Positions 35,301-49,300 of a DNA stretch of 64,000 nucleotides are shown here, in pieces. How positions within the stretch are numbered: the first letter of the stretch is position 1; each line of letters opens with the position of its first letter. The notes below the pieces were generated by a model. That model ran no database searches. It saw only the letters and a list, made by a program, of their open reading frames with translations, and was not told the DNA's origin. The DNA is from Mobula hypostoma (taxonomy: Eukaryota): NCBI RefSeq assembly GCF_963921235.1, contig NC_086097.1, positions 115,818,001-115,882,000 on the forward strand, given 5' to 3'. Both the position numbers and the translations under genes were made by a program.

Positions 35301-35475
35301 GTTCAGGAGGCTGATGGTGGAAGGGTAATAACTGTTTGTGGTGTGATTCCTGAGTCTCCTATACCTCCTTCCCAATCACAGTAGTGAGAAGAAAGCATGG
35401 CATGGATGGCGAGTGCCCTTGATGATGGATGCTCCTCGTCTTGAAAAGATATAAGAAGGACAAGTGGAATAGACA

Positions 35476-35613
35476 TTAGTCCTGACCAAGGGTCTTGGCC
35501 TGAAATGTCGACTGCACCTCTTCCTAGAGATGCTGCCTGGCCTGCTGCGTTCACCAGCAACTTTTATGTGTGTTGCTTGAATTTCCAGCATCTGCAGATT
35601 TCCTGTTGTTTGC
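35476..35613 (+). mobile_element. Young-family PLE pLTR fragment with mutated hammerhead core
   Basis: Reverse complement of 3925-4060; core reads ctgacca instead of ctgacga. Confidence 0.88.
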
Positions 35614-36509
35614 GAAAAGAAAGCAATGGTGGAATTATAACAGGTATTAGAAATCAGAAATAAAAGAAATTACATAAATAGTCAATAGGTTAGGGAGCAT
35701 CTCTGGACAGAGAAGAACAGAGTTAACAATAAAAATTATGTAGAGCTTTAATTGCAACTGGCCAAATCTGATACTATCAGGAAAAGCTAAAATTGTTGAA
35801 CCCAAGTTTGAAAGGACATTTTATTTTTGTTCTAATTGATCTGTTTCTTGTAAAAGTTGCTCGTAATTTATGTTTCCTTCTTGTCAATGCTGTTTATATG
35901 ATGCTATGTGTCTGTGATGCTGCCAAATAGATTTCTCATTGTACTTGTGCATACGTGTACTAGTGCATATGACAATAAACACAGCCTGACTTGACCTGAC
36001 GGCTCAAACCCTGAAGGTTATAAGGTGTGGAATTGGAAGGTGAGATGCTGTCCTTTGTGTTTATATTTAACAATCCAGAGTATCTGTCTAGAATTTGAAT
36101 AGCTCTGCAGTTTTGCAAGTGTAAATGTATATTTATAGAGTTTGTCTTTCAAATCTGTAAAGCTGAAATTAGATACTTAAGATCTTTGTTCCATTAAACA
36201 TGTATGAAAGAACTCCCCTAGCTTCAGGCTTTATGTAAAGAACCAGTGATGCACTGGAAATGCTTCTCATGCTCCTAATTCTCTCCCTTTGTTACCAGGG
36301 AGATAAGAAAAAGCATCTTAATTCTCTTCTGTTCTGGTTTACCCATAAAATGTAACTTTATACTCTGTGTAAGCACATTATTTCATTTCCTCCATTCTTT
36401 AGACAGGTTATTGAAGATGAGTCCAACTGTTTGAGTAATTGTATTCTTCCATATGCACCATGTCAAATAAATCATAGTTCTCTATCCTTTGGCAGATTGC
36501 GGATGTTTG

Positions 36510-37385
36510 GATGTGGATACTATAGAAAGAGTATAGAGAGACATACAAAAATGTTACCTGGATTGGACAGCATGCTTAATAAGAATAGGAGAATGAACTT
36601 GGCCTTTTCTCCTTGGAGCGATGGAGGATGAATGGTGACCTGATAGAGGTGTGTAAGATGATGAGAGGCATTGATCGTGTGGATAGCCAAAGGCTTTTTC
36701 CCCGGGCGGAAATGGCTAACACGAGGGTGCATATTTCAATGTGCTTGGAAGTAGGTACAGAGGGGATGTCAGAGGTAAGTTTTCACACCAAGAGTTTTGT
36801 GTGTATGGAATTCTAGACAGGTTCTAGAGTAGGTTACATGGTCGGCACAACATTGTGGGCCGAAGGGCTTGTAATGTGCTGTAGATTTCTATGTTCATGT
36901 GTTACCTAAATTGTGAGTGATCTTGCCTGTGTGTTGATAGTTAAGGTTCAGGTCTGGGTCATAAATTTTATAGTTTCATTTTCTAGCACTTCTGATACCA
37001 TGGGAAGATGAGAGGTAACTTGATAAAGGTGTGTAAGATGGTAGAGGCATGGATCGAATGGACAGCCAGAGACTTTTCCCCAGGGTGGAAATGGCTAATA
37101 CAAGGGGTCATAATTTTAGATTGGAGGTGAGTATAGGGTGAATCTCAGGAGTAAGTTTTTTTATACAAAGAATGGGAAATGCATGGAAAATGCTGCCTGG
37201 GGTGGTGGTAGAAGCTGATACATTAGGGACATTTACGAGACTTTTAGATGGACACATAGGCGATAGAAAACTGAAGGTCTATGTGACAGGGATCAGTTAG
37301 ACTGATCTTAGAGTAGGTTAAATGGTTGGCACAAAATCATGGGCCGAAGGGCCTGTACTGTGCTGTAATATTGTATGTTCTATGC
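36510..37385 (+). mobile_element. Two tandem CR1 3' fragments (about 36510-36897 and 37005-37385)
   Basis: GDLIEVCKMMRGIDRVDSQRLFPRAE and two gggccgaagggc.tgta UTR ends. Confidence 0.8.
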
Positions 37386-40139
37386 TCATATCTCAGTACC
37401 TTTCTCTCATTCATTCACCAAATCATGGAAGTTAACCAGTAATTTAAACAATTTTCTTTAGATAAAGAACTTGTTAGAGAAACAAGTAGCATATGTTTGT
37501 GTTGTGTGTCTCCTTCCACAGAGGGAGGCCAGTTCTATCATTTCTACACTGAAGTAATTCAATTTGCATGATTATATTTATATGACCATAAGATCATAAG
37601 ACGCAAGAGTAGAGTTAGGCCATTGAGCCCATCGAGTCTTCTGCACTATTCTATCATGGCTGATTAATTATCCCTCTCAACCCTATTCCCTTGTATTCTC
37701 CCCATAACCTTTGACACTTTGATGCCCTTACTAGCTAAGAACTTAACAAATTCTACTTTAAGTATTCTCAATGCATTACTTCCCCATGCTCTGAAATGAT
37801 TGCTAGTATTTTATCAAGCATGGACCTAATATGTTCTAGAGGACAAACGATGTTAGGTGAATGGGAGACAAAATTTCACTTCATGATTTTGCATGTTAAC
37901 CAAACTTCCCCAAAATCTCCTTTCTTGCCTTCCCCATCTATTGGACGATACAGTAAAACACTCATCCAGACTGCCCTTGCAGGTGAATATGAATATTTTC
38001 AGAGCAGAGTAGGGTAATTTTTACCACTGTCAATATTAATTTTTTTACCAAAATCACTGGAGTATTTTTGATTGTTTATTAGTAAGAAGAAAACAACAGG
38101 AAGGATGGCAATATATTCAAGACCAAATCCAACGACTGCCAAAACTTTTAAGTTTGAAAGGCTGTAAACCATCAGTGGATTGTGAGTTGTATTTCTGTCA
38201 CTGTACAGTGGTCTCAGAGTCAGAGTCACAATTAGGGTTACTATCACCAGCATAGGTTGTGAAATTTACTGTCTTTGTGGTAATAGCACAATGCAATACA
38301 TAGTAATAGAAATAAAACATAGTGAGGTAGTGTTCATGGGTTTAATAGAAATCGGAGGGCAGAGGGGGAGAGGCTGTTCCTGAATCATTGAGTGTGTGCC
38401 TTTAGGCTTCTGTACTTCCTTTCTGACAGTAGCAATTAGAACAAGGCATGACCTGGGTGATGGGAGTCATTAATGATTGATACTGTCCTGTTGAGACATC
38501 ATTCCTTGAAGATGTCCTGTATACTATGGAGGCTAACACCCATGACTGAGCTGACTAAGTTCATAAATCTTGCAGCTTATTTTGATCCTGTGTAGTACCC
38601 CACCTCCATACCAGACAGAATGTTTTTTTTCTCTTTGTCTTTCAAAAAAAAATGGATTTGTGCTGGTTTTTGGTTGACTTTATGGTTGCTGATCGACAGA
38701 ATCCTCAAAGAAATATCTGTTGATGGTATTTTGATGTGAAATGTTTGTTCTGCAGTTCAGGGAACATTTCAAACTATTATCCTATTACATTGTTGATTGA
38801 ATGATGATACAGCATGTGCACGATTCTTCTCAAAAAAGGGAGCATCTAACAGAGCTACTGCTGTAGAAATTGATGTGCAAGTGCTTATGCCAAATGTGTT
38901 ATTTATGGTTCATATATTGTGAATCTAGAACATCAACCTTGAGTAGGTTCTGTGACAATGAATGATAGAATGCTATTTAATCCATTGATGCCAGATATTT
39001 GAATTAGAAGCTTAATGTCAAGGCTTGATCAGTATGTGGAGAGATTTAAGAACCTACTTTTTACTCTGTATCTTCAGCATCCTTCAAACATAGCATAAAA
39101 TGATCCCCTAAGATCCACAAATTATTCATTTAAAAATTATTCCAATTGGGTGCATCCGGTGTTCATTCTTGATATGAATGTGGCTAGGCTCCAGAAAATT
39201 ACAAAGCAAGTTTGAAAATAATGAGAGTGTTTTAAATGTTTGGATCATTTTGAATGTCATTTAACTATGAGTTCTTGGCTTGGCCAAAGCAGAACTCAAT
39301 GTTGTACTTTTAGCCAAGTAATTCTTGTGTAAACTAATACATAAGGGTTTATTTTAACATTTGCAGCCAAATGTAAAATGTGAGGTGGTTACAGTAATCA
39401 ATGAACTAAAAAATAATTAATTTTCATAATGATTTTTTTCTGCCAACCAATGAACCAAGTCATGAAAATTCAAGTTATACAAGTCACAAGATATGCCTTA
39501 TCCAGCCTTAATGAATGCTAATTATTCAGATTCAGATTTATTTATTATACTATATATATAAATGAAAACATACAGTGAAATGTATAATTTGCATTAACAA
39601 ATAAGAGATGTGTTGGGGACACACAGTCTAGTGCCAACATTGCATAACCACAATGCTTGGCAGAACAACACAGAACACAACAAAACAGAATACAAGAAGC
39701 AACAGAACAACAGCAAAACAAACCCTTTTTTACACACACATCAACAACCCTAGGGCAGGTTTCCAGGCTTCAGCCATTGGGCTTTGATTTCTAGACTCTG
39801 ATCAACCTTCAAAGTTCAAAATTCAAAGTAAATTTATTAGTAAATTACATATAAGTCACCATATCCTAACAGGAGATTCATTTTCTTGTGAACTTTCACA
39901 GTAAATACAAAGAAATAGAACCAGTGAAAAACCATAGACAACAAAGACAGACAAACATCAAACTGTGCAAATACAGAAAAAAATGCATGGTAGGTTAATT
40001 GGTGATTGTAAATTGTGCCATGATTAGGGGAGGATTGAATCGGTGGTTGCTGGGCAGCACAGCTTGTAGGGCTGGAAGGGCCGACTTCACGTTATATATC
40101 TAAATTGATTAATTATAACAAATAAATAAGCAATAAATA

Positions 40140-41430
40140 TTGAGAACATGAGTCGTAGAGTCCTTAAAAGCGAGTCCTCAGGTTGTGAAATCAGTTCAGT
40201 TTTGGGGCCACTGGGGTGAGTGAAGTTCAAGAGCCTGATTGCTTCAGAACCTGCTGGTGTGGCTGTTGAAGGTTAAGTACCTCCTTCCTGATGGCAGAAG
40301 TGAGAAAGAAGCATGGCCTGGATAATAGGGGCCCTTGAGGATGGTTGTTACTTTCCTGCGACAGTGCTTCTTGTAAATGTGCTTAATGGTGGGGAGGGCT
40401 TTACCTGGGATGGAATAGGCTGTATCTACTAATTTTCGCAGGTTTTTTCATTCCAGAGTTTTGGTGTTTCAATACCATGGCAACCAGTCAGTAAACTCTT
40501 CAATTGCACATTGATAAAAGTTCATCGAAGTTTTAGAGGACATGCCGAATCTGCACAACTTCTAAGAAAGTAGAGGTGCTACCATGTCTTCTTTACATTG
40601 CAACTTTTGTGCTGGGCCCAGGACAGACCCTCTGAAATGGCAAAGCTGAGGAATTTAAATCTGCTGACCCTCTCCACTTCTCATCCCCTGATGAGGACTG
40701 GCTTATGGACCTCTTGTTTCCTCCTCCTTGGTCTTGCTGACATTGAGTGAGAGATTGTTGTTGTGGCACCACTCATCCAGACTTTCAATTTCCCTCCTAT
40801 ATGCTGGTTCATTAACACCTTTGATTCGGGCATTCGTCATCAGTATTGACACCTAAACTAGCCAAAGACAGGATCCCGGACCCCAGGCTCGAACTCTGAG
40901 CATGCTTCTTACTAGCACAGACACTCAATCCCTTGACTCACTGACTTGGAGCAATCTGACATCCATGGATGTCCTCTGCTGCACCTGAGCTGATGGGGTT
41001 TATGGAGGAGATTTTCACAAGGGGGTATTGAAGCCTAGGTCTTGAAGCTTATTTATTAGTTCTAAGGGGATGATAGTTAATGAAGAGCATCCCGGTGTGC
41101 GCAGCTTCACTACCCAGATGTTCCAGGGTTAATTGAAGAGCCAATAAAATGGCATCTGTTGTTGACCTGTTGTGATGTGAGATAAATTAGAGCAGATTCA
41201 AGTGACTCCTCACACAGGATTTGATATGCTTCATCACAAGCCTCTTCATCACAGTGGATGTAAGCGCTACTGGACAACTGTCATTGAGATAGGTTGCCAT
41301 GTTCTTCTTGGGCACCGGCATGATTGAAATCTACTTGAATCAGGTGGGAATCTCCGACTGCTGAAGTGAGAGTTTAAAGATATCAGGTAACACTCCAACC
41401 AGTTGATCAGCGCAGGTCTTCTGTACTCTT
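40140..41430 (-). mobile_element. Degenerate Rex1/L2-type LINE
   Basis: Nucleotide similarity (reverse complement) to the 12445-13320 family, e.g. cttgggcaccggcatgattga (IPVPK) and ccttcctgatgg (LPSGR). Confidence 0.7.
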
Positions 41431-42024
41431 GAAACACTTAGAGCAATGAGAGATCAGATGTTATTTTTTTCCATATCTACTAACAGTGAGACCAAACAAA
41501 GCTCTCACTTTGAGCAAACTGATAGCCAGACAGAGATCACACGTTGATCAGTAAGCCAACCATGTCACAGGGAAAATGTCCTCCATCCTTACTAGAGTTT
41601 TATGCTGTTGAGGAGAAGAAGAAGGAAATAGATGGGGTGTGTGAATTTGTCATTGCCGTGGAAGTGGAGGAGTGTGCTTTTTTTAATGCATTCATCTCGG
41701 CCAAATATTTGCACCACAAGGGCTGAATTTGGATGGGAGGGTAAAATTGGATGAGGAGGCTCAGCTTCCAGGGCTTTCTCTTGGACATCTGGTGCTCCCA
41801 CCATGGTGAGCCGTAGGCACCCAGCAGTTTGTGGTAGACAAAATGTTGACATTGTAACTCTATGGAAGAACACTGATGTTTACATGGAAGGCAAAGAGCA
41901 ATAAGGAAATGCTTGGGCTTGTTATTTTAATTGTAAATTATAATTATTTATTGTTTCCTGTAAAGCTATAGGACTTCTATACTTCGAACTGTATATGTTT
42001 TATTTATTCTATTTTACTTATTCC

Positions 42025-42526
42025 AAGACCACATTTCGAATATTTTGTTCAGGTTTGGTTGCCCTGTTATAGGAAGGATGTAGGAGATTTAGAGGTTGTG
42101 CAGAGGAGATTTACCAGAATGCTGCCTGGATTAGAGAACATGTCTTATGAGGATAGGTTGAGATGACTTGATAGAATTGTACAAGATGAAATAGAGCATA
42201 GATGGAGTGGATAGCCAGAGACCTTTGCTCATGGTGGAAATGACTAATATGACGAGTCATGATTTTAAGGTGATTGGAGGAAAGTATAAAGTTAGAGGTA
42301 GGGTTTTTACACAGAGATTGGTGGGTGTGTGGATTACCTTGCTAGTGGTAGTGGTAGAGGCAGATACATTAGGGACATTTAAGAAACCATTAGATAGGTA
42401 CATGGATGATGGGAAAAAAGGACAATGTGGAGGGAAGGGTTAGATTGATCTTAGAGTAGGTTATAAGGTCTGCACAACATTGTGGGCTGAAGGGTCTGTG
42501 CTGTGCTGTAACATTCTATGTTCTAT
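42025..42526 (+). mobile_element. CR1 3' fragment
   Basis: gtgcagaggagatttaccagaatgctgcctgga (VQRRFTRMLPG), FTQRLVGVW, UTR. Confidence 0.82.
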
Positions 42527-43169
42527 TGAAAGAATCTGAAAGTTCATGGAAGTAAATTAATGTGTTCTATCACAGTTACTTAACATTAGCTAAAGCACCA
42601 GAACTGGCTCTAAATAATGGAGAGAGAAAATAGGTATTAAAACACTTATATTCTCTGTAGCCACTGTCTTTGTAGAGTCACTTTTCAGTAAGATAGATGT
42701 AGAAGTTCAGCTTCTCAAATGATATGTAAATATCACTGACCATGACCACTGACTTCATCTTCAATGAACAACAGTTTTCATCAGGGATGGATAAGCATTT
42801 GCTGCACATTAATTATTCAATGTGATCGTATTGAAGCAATCTCAGCCCTCATTACTATAGAAACAGGAGTTACTTGAAGCTTGACAATGTCATTCTATTC
42901 ATTGAGCTCATCTCATGACATCTCACATCCTATTTTTGGAGTTATTTGCCATTATCACATAATACTCATTAATGATAATCAGCAATGCTTCATGAATCAC
43001 CACATGTGGGCTAATAACACTGGACAACAAAGATCTTGCTTCCTGAATACTCTCAGGTGTATCTTATGGATTGAGGGGGCTTCTGTTCATGAAAATCACC
43101 ATGGGGTGTCCCTATCACACACCATTTTTTTAAAATCACCTATTTTTGTTATTTCAATTCATAATTGAA

Positions 43170-43560
43170 GTCGGAATAACTGATACAAAGTTTAAGGAAG
43201 GCAGTTTTGTTGGCCCACAAATCAAACATATTATCAGTGACAGACAATTTGAAGAACTTCTCGGGGGACTGGAGAAAATCACATGGAAGGCATTCAAGGA
43301 TCGTGTTGAAATTTTTCTTGGCAACTACAGAGCACCAAATTACGTGCAGCTGGTTGACAACATACTTCAAGCATGAAGTACAACCTATCACTAAAGATTC
43401 ATTTTCTGCATTCCAATTTAGACTTCTTCCCTGCAAATCTCGGCACTGTCAGTGACAAGCATGGTGGACGATTTCACCAGGACATTGTGGTCATGGAGAA
43501 ACAGTATCAGGGCAATGCTGGTTGATTATTGGTGGATACTTAAGCAAGAAGCCTCAGACA
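43170..43560 (+). pseudogene. Chapaev-type transposase C-terminal remnant
   Basis: KFKEGSFVGPQI...WKAFK...FLGNYRAPNY, then SLKIHFLHSNLDFFPANLGTVSDKHGGRFHQDI. Confidence 0.82.
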
Positions 43561-43612
43561 CTGAGTGCAAACAAAAATCAGCAACAAAGTATTTTTAGCT
43601 TAGTTGAACTAT

Positions 43613-46600
43613 GCGTAAAGTGCGCATGCACCGGTCGGGCATGCAGCCGATTACAGTTGCTCCGTAATTTCGTACTTTTAAACTTTTTAACTTAGTTATT
43701 TGTTGTATTTTTTTTCTCACGGTAACACGTTGAAGCTGCACCCTCTCTACTATGCTGGTGGAGAGAGTTTTACTTGTTTCTTCAGCGCTGGAATTAGTTA
43801 CTTTCGGACACGTCTCATTAGCGTGGCAGCAGGATGGCCGCATTGTGTATTCAAGGAACCAATTGATTGCGCTCATGCCCGCTGGTTTAGCGAACAGGGC
43901 AGTGGACATCCCGGCTGAAATCTGGAGGAAAACACACAGAGAATGCAGAGGGGGATCAAAAAGGCGAGGGAAGAGGACCGGGTTGTGACAACATAGGCTT
44001 ATGGAGAAGAGAAGTTATAAGCCGTGTCTCCCCTCTCTCATCATGGGAAATGTGAGATCACTGGGGAATAAAATCGACGAACTGACTGCGCTTGTCAGGA
44101 GTCAGAGAACATTTTGGGAGAGCAGTGTCATGTGCTTCACTGAGATGTGGCTGCACGAGGACATACCCGATCAAAGCGTTTCAATAGAGGGCTTCCAGAC
44201 CGTTCAAGCTGACCGGAATTGCACTGAGAGCGGTAAGCCCAAAGGAGGGGGACTGGCGGTTCTGGTAAATAACAGATGGTGCAATCCTGGGCATATTACG
44301 ATCAAGGAACATGTCTGTAGCCCGGATATTGAACTTTTTGCTGTTGGACTCCAGCCATATCATTTGCCAAGGGAAATCTTGCATGCAATTGTGGTTGTTG
44401 TGTACATCCCTCCCTCTGCCAACCCGACGTCGGCGTGTAACATCATTTATACTGTCATAGCCAGATTACAAACCCAGCACCCGAGTGCCCTCATTACCAT
44501 CTCGGGTGACTTCAACCAGGTTACAATGGCTAGAACACTGCCCAACTTCACGCAGTTTGTGAGCAGTACAACCAGAGGGGAGAGGACTCTGGATTTGATG
44601 TGCGCTAATGTTAAGGATGCATACAGCTCCTCTCCCCTCCCCCCACTGGGAAAGTCAGATCACAACCTGGTGCATCTAAAACCCTGCTACGTGCCTCTGG
44701 TGAAGAGTAAACCTGCAACCTTGAGGACAGTGAGGAAATGGTCGGAGGAGGCTTATGAGGCACTCCAGGGTTGTTTTGAGGTGACAGACTGGCAGGCACT
44801 CTGTGAGCCACATGGAGAGGATATTGATGGGCTCACAGAATGCATCACTGATTAAATTAACTTCTGTGTGGACTGCAATGTTCCGACAAGAACTGTCCTT
44901 TGTTATTCAAATAACAAGCCACGGGTGACAAAGGACATTAAGGACATCCTGAATGCTAAAAAGAGGGTGTTTAGATATGGAAATAGGGAGGAGCTGAGGG
45001 CAATACAGAGGGACCTGAAAGCCAGGATCAGGGAGGCTAAAGACAGGTACAGGAGGAAGCTTGAGTGGAAACTCCAGCAGAACAACATGAGAGAGGTCTG
45101 GAGAGGGATGAAGACCATCACTGGGTTTTGGCAAACTAGCAACAGAGGAGCTGAAGGCAGTGTGGACAGGGCCAATGAACTTAACCTGTTCTTTAACAGA
45201 TTTGACATTGTGACCCCTGCCCATCCCGCACATGAGCCATCTGTTGTCGGCCCCAACCAACACATATTCCACTCTCCCCTCCTACCCCTCCTCACAGTCC
45301 CCCACCCTGCTCTCATGACTATACCCCTCCCCCACACGAAACCACCATGGTGGGCTTCACAGCTGAGCAGGTGAGAAGACAACTGAAACGTCTCAACCCA
45401 AGCAAGGCTGCAGGACCCGATGGTGTCAGTACCAGGGTGCTTAAAGCCTGTGCCCCTCAGCTATGTGGAGTACTTCACCATGTATTCAACATGAGCCTGA
45501 GGCTCCGGAGGGTTCCTGTATTGTGGAAGACGTCCTGCCTCGTCCCTGTGCCGAAGACGCCGCGCCCCAGCGGCCTCAATGACTACAGACCGGTGGCATT
45601 GACCTCCCACATCATGAAGACACTGGAGAGACTTGTTCTGGAGCTGCTCCGGCCTACGGTCAGGCCACACTTAGATCCCCTCCGGTTCGCCTACCAGTCC
45701 TGTCTAGGAGTAGAGGATGCCATCGTCTACCTGCTGAACCATGTCTACGCCCACCTGGACAAGCCAGCGAGCACTGTGAGGGTCATGTTTTTTGACTTCT
45801 CCAGTGCGTTCAACGTCATCCACCCTGCTCTGCTGGGGGAGAAGCTGACAGCGATGCAGGTGGATGCTTCCCTGGTATCATGGATTCTTGATTACCTGAC
45901 GGGCAGACCACAGTATGTGTGCTTGCAACACTGTGTGTCCGACAGAGTGATCAGCAGCACTGGGGCTCCACAGGGGACTGTCTTGTCTCCCTTTCTCTTC
46001 ACTATTTACACCTCGGACTTCAACTACTGCACATAGTCTTGTCATCTTCAGAAGTTTTCGGATGACTCTGCCATAGTTGGATGCATCAGCAAGGGAGATG
46101 AGGCTGAGTACAGGGCTACGGTAGGAAACTTTGTCACATGGTGTGAGCTGAATTATCTGCAGCTTAATGTGAAAAAGACTAAGGAGCTGATGGTAGACCT
46201 GAGGAGAGCTAAGGTACCGGTGACCCCTGTTTCCATCCAGGGAGTCAGTGTGGACATGGTGGAGGATTACAAATACCTGGGAATACGAATTGACAATAAA
46301 CTGGACTGGTCTAAGAACACTGAGGCTGTCTACAAGAAGGGTCAGAACCGTCTCTATTTCCTGAGGAGACTGAGGTCCTTTACCATCTGCTGGACGATGC
46401 TGAGGATGTTCTATGAGTCTCTGGTGGCCAGTGCTATCATGTTTGCTGTTGTGTGCTGGGGCAGCAGGCTGAGGGTAGCAGACACCAACAGAATCAACAA
46501 ACTCATTCGTAAGGCCAGTGATGTTGTGGGGATGGAACTGGACTCTCTGACGGTGGTGTCTGAAAAGAGGATGCTGTCTAAGTTGTATGCCATCTTGGTC

Positions 46601-46892
46601 AATGTCTCCCATCCACTACATAATGTACTGGATGGGCACAGGAGTACATTCAGCCAGAGACTCATTCCACCAAGATGCACCACAGAGCATCATAGGAAGT
46701 CATTCCTGCCTGTGGCCATTAAACTTGGAGGGTCAGACACCCTGAGCCGATAGGCTGGTCCTGGACTTATTTCATAATTTACTGGCATAATTGACATATT
46801 GCTATTTAACTATTTATGGTTCTATTACTATTATTTATGGTGCAACTGTCACGAAACCCAGTTTCCCCCGGGATCAATAAAGCATGACTATG
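43613..46892 (+). mobile_element. Near full-length Rex1/Babar-type LINE
   Basis: 5' UTR, single APE-RT frame, gggatcaataaag plus (atgact)n tail; short TSD actat (43608-43612, 46893-46897). Confidence 0.92.
43752..46753 (+). pseudogene. APE endonuclease + RT with 3 stops and 1 frameshift
   Basis: GNVRSL, FTEMWL, GDFN, SDH, DYRPVAL, FFDFSSAFN, GAPQGTVLSP, FSDD. Stops at 43986, 44853 and 46034; frameshift between about 45255 and 45345. Confidence 0.92.
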
Positions 46893-48299
46893 ACTATTGC
46901 AAAGCATCAGTGCTGTAATGCAATGAAAACTATTATATTCAATAAAAGTTAATTTCTTGTTTCTCTAAATTTCTACATGATACAAGTAGTCTGAAATTAT
47001 ATTTGCGTTCAGTTTCCGTCATAAAAAAGAAAAAATTCTGAGGATGCAGCACTTTTGAAAAAGCTTGTTATCCAGTGTAATAGACAAAGCACAACATTGA
47101 ATTGAGGACTTATTTACCTTTGATAACAAACCAATTCAGGTTCTGTTATCAAACCTGCAGGCGAAGGATTGCTATTGGAGAATGACATCTACATTGCAGA
47201 GGCCAAATGTTAACACTCGGACACATCCCCATAAGTATTTCTGGGCCTGTTCCCACCTAATGCCAGGCCCCTATCTTCCATACTGTCATAGATCTCATTT
47301 CATTAAGAGATTATTTTTCCTCCATAGTCTCCAAACTAGGGGTGTCTCAACCCACACTGCCCCTTTCTGTCTTCTACCTAGGATCGACAAACAGGGCTCT
47401 GTCAGCAAACCTACTGATTGGGCCAGCTCTTGTCATTGTGTGTCTGTGTGTGGCTGGGAGGGAGCAATAAGAGCATGTATTGCTGTTGCTGCTCTGTTGC
47501 TTGATGTGTTCTATTTCATTGTGGTCTGTCTTGTTCTTCCCCGTATTGTCGGCATGCTATGTTGGCACCAGAATGGTTGTGGTGACACTTGTGGGCTGCC
47601 CCCAACACATCCTTAGATTTTCCGGGATGTTAACACATATGACGCAGTTCACTGCATTTTTTGATGTACATGTGATAAACAAATAAATGAATAAATTTTA
47701 ATTTGAATTCGAATTCCCCTGATTCAACGTCATCCATTTTCAACATACTACCACCATCTGATATGAGGAAGTTCTGAAGACCCTCTGTTTCTTCTGAAAT
47801 GATGGACCAACCAGTTCCCTTCCATCAACAAACATTAAATTGGCGAGACTTGTCCCTGCACTCAATAACTTCTTCAAAGCCACTGAATAAAAGGTGTGGC
47901 TATGGAAACGTGCATAAGCTTAGCTTATATGGACAGTCCTTGTCTTCAGGCTTATTTGAGACCAAGTCTTTCTCTGATACATTATCAGCTACTTGGTGCT
48001 GCAACCTGCAATCATGCAGAACTTGTGATCCATCTCTAACATTTTTCTTCCTTTTTAGGATCATTTTGTCACCATTTCAAAAACTACGCTACTACACGCC
48101 AAAGGACTCCAAAAGTTAACTCAACCAAATATCCTGAAAAATGCCATTGCATTTTCCAAGTTTCATTGTCTCCTTTACCTATGTTCAATTGAAGTGGTAC
48201 ATTTAAAATGCATTTTTTTCTTTCTGAAACATTCTTCTCTGCCATAGCGCATGGAGCTCTCATTTGCATTTTCTGTATTCCCCGCATTTTGGTTCTCAA

Positions 48300-48970
48300 T
48301 CCCTCTCCCTCGTGACAGGGCATCGAGTTCCTCTAGCACTCAGCATAGTTTGTTTTCAATTGTACAGCATTATTCGTCACAAGTTCTGCTAGCTCCAAAA
48401 TGATATCAACAGCAGACAGACTTGCCCCTCTCCTTCCCTTTCTGCATTTTGCAGAGATGACTTATTACCTGACACTGTGGCCCTCTCCTCTGATCTTCCT
48501 GTCCCATGGCACCTTCAATGCACCTGGAGAAATGCAGCAATTTTCCATTTACCTCTTTCCTTCCCACCATCTGCAGACACAAACAATCATTCTAGTTGAA
48601 GAAGTATTCACTTGCACTTCTTCCATTGTAGTGTACTGTATTTGGTGTAATACACACAAACTGCTGGATGAACTCAGCAGGTCAGGCAGCATCCATGGAA
48701 ATGAATAAACAGTCAATATTTCAGGCCAAGACCCTTCTTTGGGACTGTATTTGATGTTCACAATTTGGCTTCCACCACACTGGGGAAACCAGATGGAAAG
48801 TGAGTGATCAGTTTGTGGATTAATTGCATTCAGTCCCCAGCACTGACACTAAGTTTCCAGACACCTGCTTTTGTTGACTATCCCTTTGCCTCTGCAGATG
48901 CTAGATAACCTCGTGATTTCCTTAGGCAGTTTGTTTTATACTCCAGTTCACAGCATCTGCAGTATCTTGC
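48300..48970 (+). mobile_element. Very old PLE remnant hosting a younger PLE fragment
   Basis: FTCTSSIVVYCIWC (GIY region), ggggaaacc (GET), terminal gcatctgcag. Confidence 0.65.
48649..48743 (-). mobile_element. PLE terminal fragment
   Basis: 14-bp TSD actgtatttggtgt (48635-48648) / actgtatttgatgt (48744-48757). Confidence 0.8.
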
Positions 48971-49037
48971 TTTTTATTTAGGTTACCTCAGTGTCTGGTT
49001 CAAACATACAAACAGAAAATTTACAAGTCTTTAAAAA

Positions 49038-49300
49038 GGGGCTGCATGATCGTATTCCGGTTAGTGCAAAGCTACAACAGCACCAGTTATCCACGTTCAG
49101 TTCCCGCCGCTGTCTGTAAGGAGTTTCTACGTTCTCTGCCGTGATCACTTGGGTTTCCCTGGGTGCTATGGTTTCCTCCGATGTTCCAAAGATGTATGGA
49201 TTAGCAGGTTTATCAGTCACAGTGTGTAATTGGGCAGGACAGGCTCATCGGCCCAGAAAGGCCTGTTACTATGCTAACTCAAACAAAAAAATAAAATTAA
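49038..49300 (+). mobile_element. tRNA-derived V-domain/HE1-like SINE
   Basis: Box-B-like gttcagttccc, core ggagttt.tacgttct...gggtttcc.tgggtgct..ggtttcctcc....tccaaaga, A-rich tail. Confidence 0.78.

Larger units (their letters stand above)
43018..47077 (+). mobile_element. Chapaev3-type (CMC) DNA transposon deletion derivative, split by a LINE
   Basis: TIRs cactggacaacaa / ttgttatccagtg; 3-bp TSD taa (43015-43017, 47078-47080); transposase remnant. Confidence 0.8.

Noticed and set aside
45878..46612. 244-aa minus-strand ORF
   Set aside because: Antisense shadow of the Rex1-type RT.
49038..49115. tRNA gene
   Set aside because: Only a decayed SINE head; no cloverleaf, continues into the SINE core.
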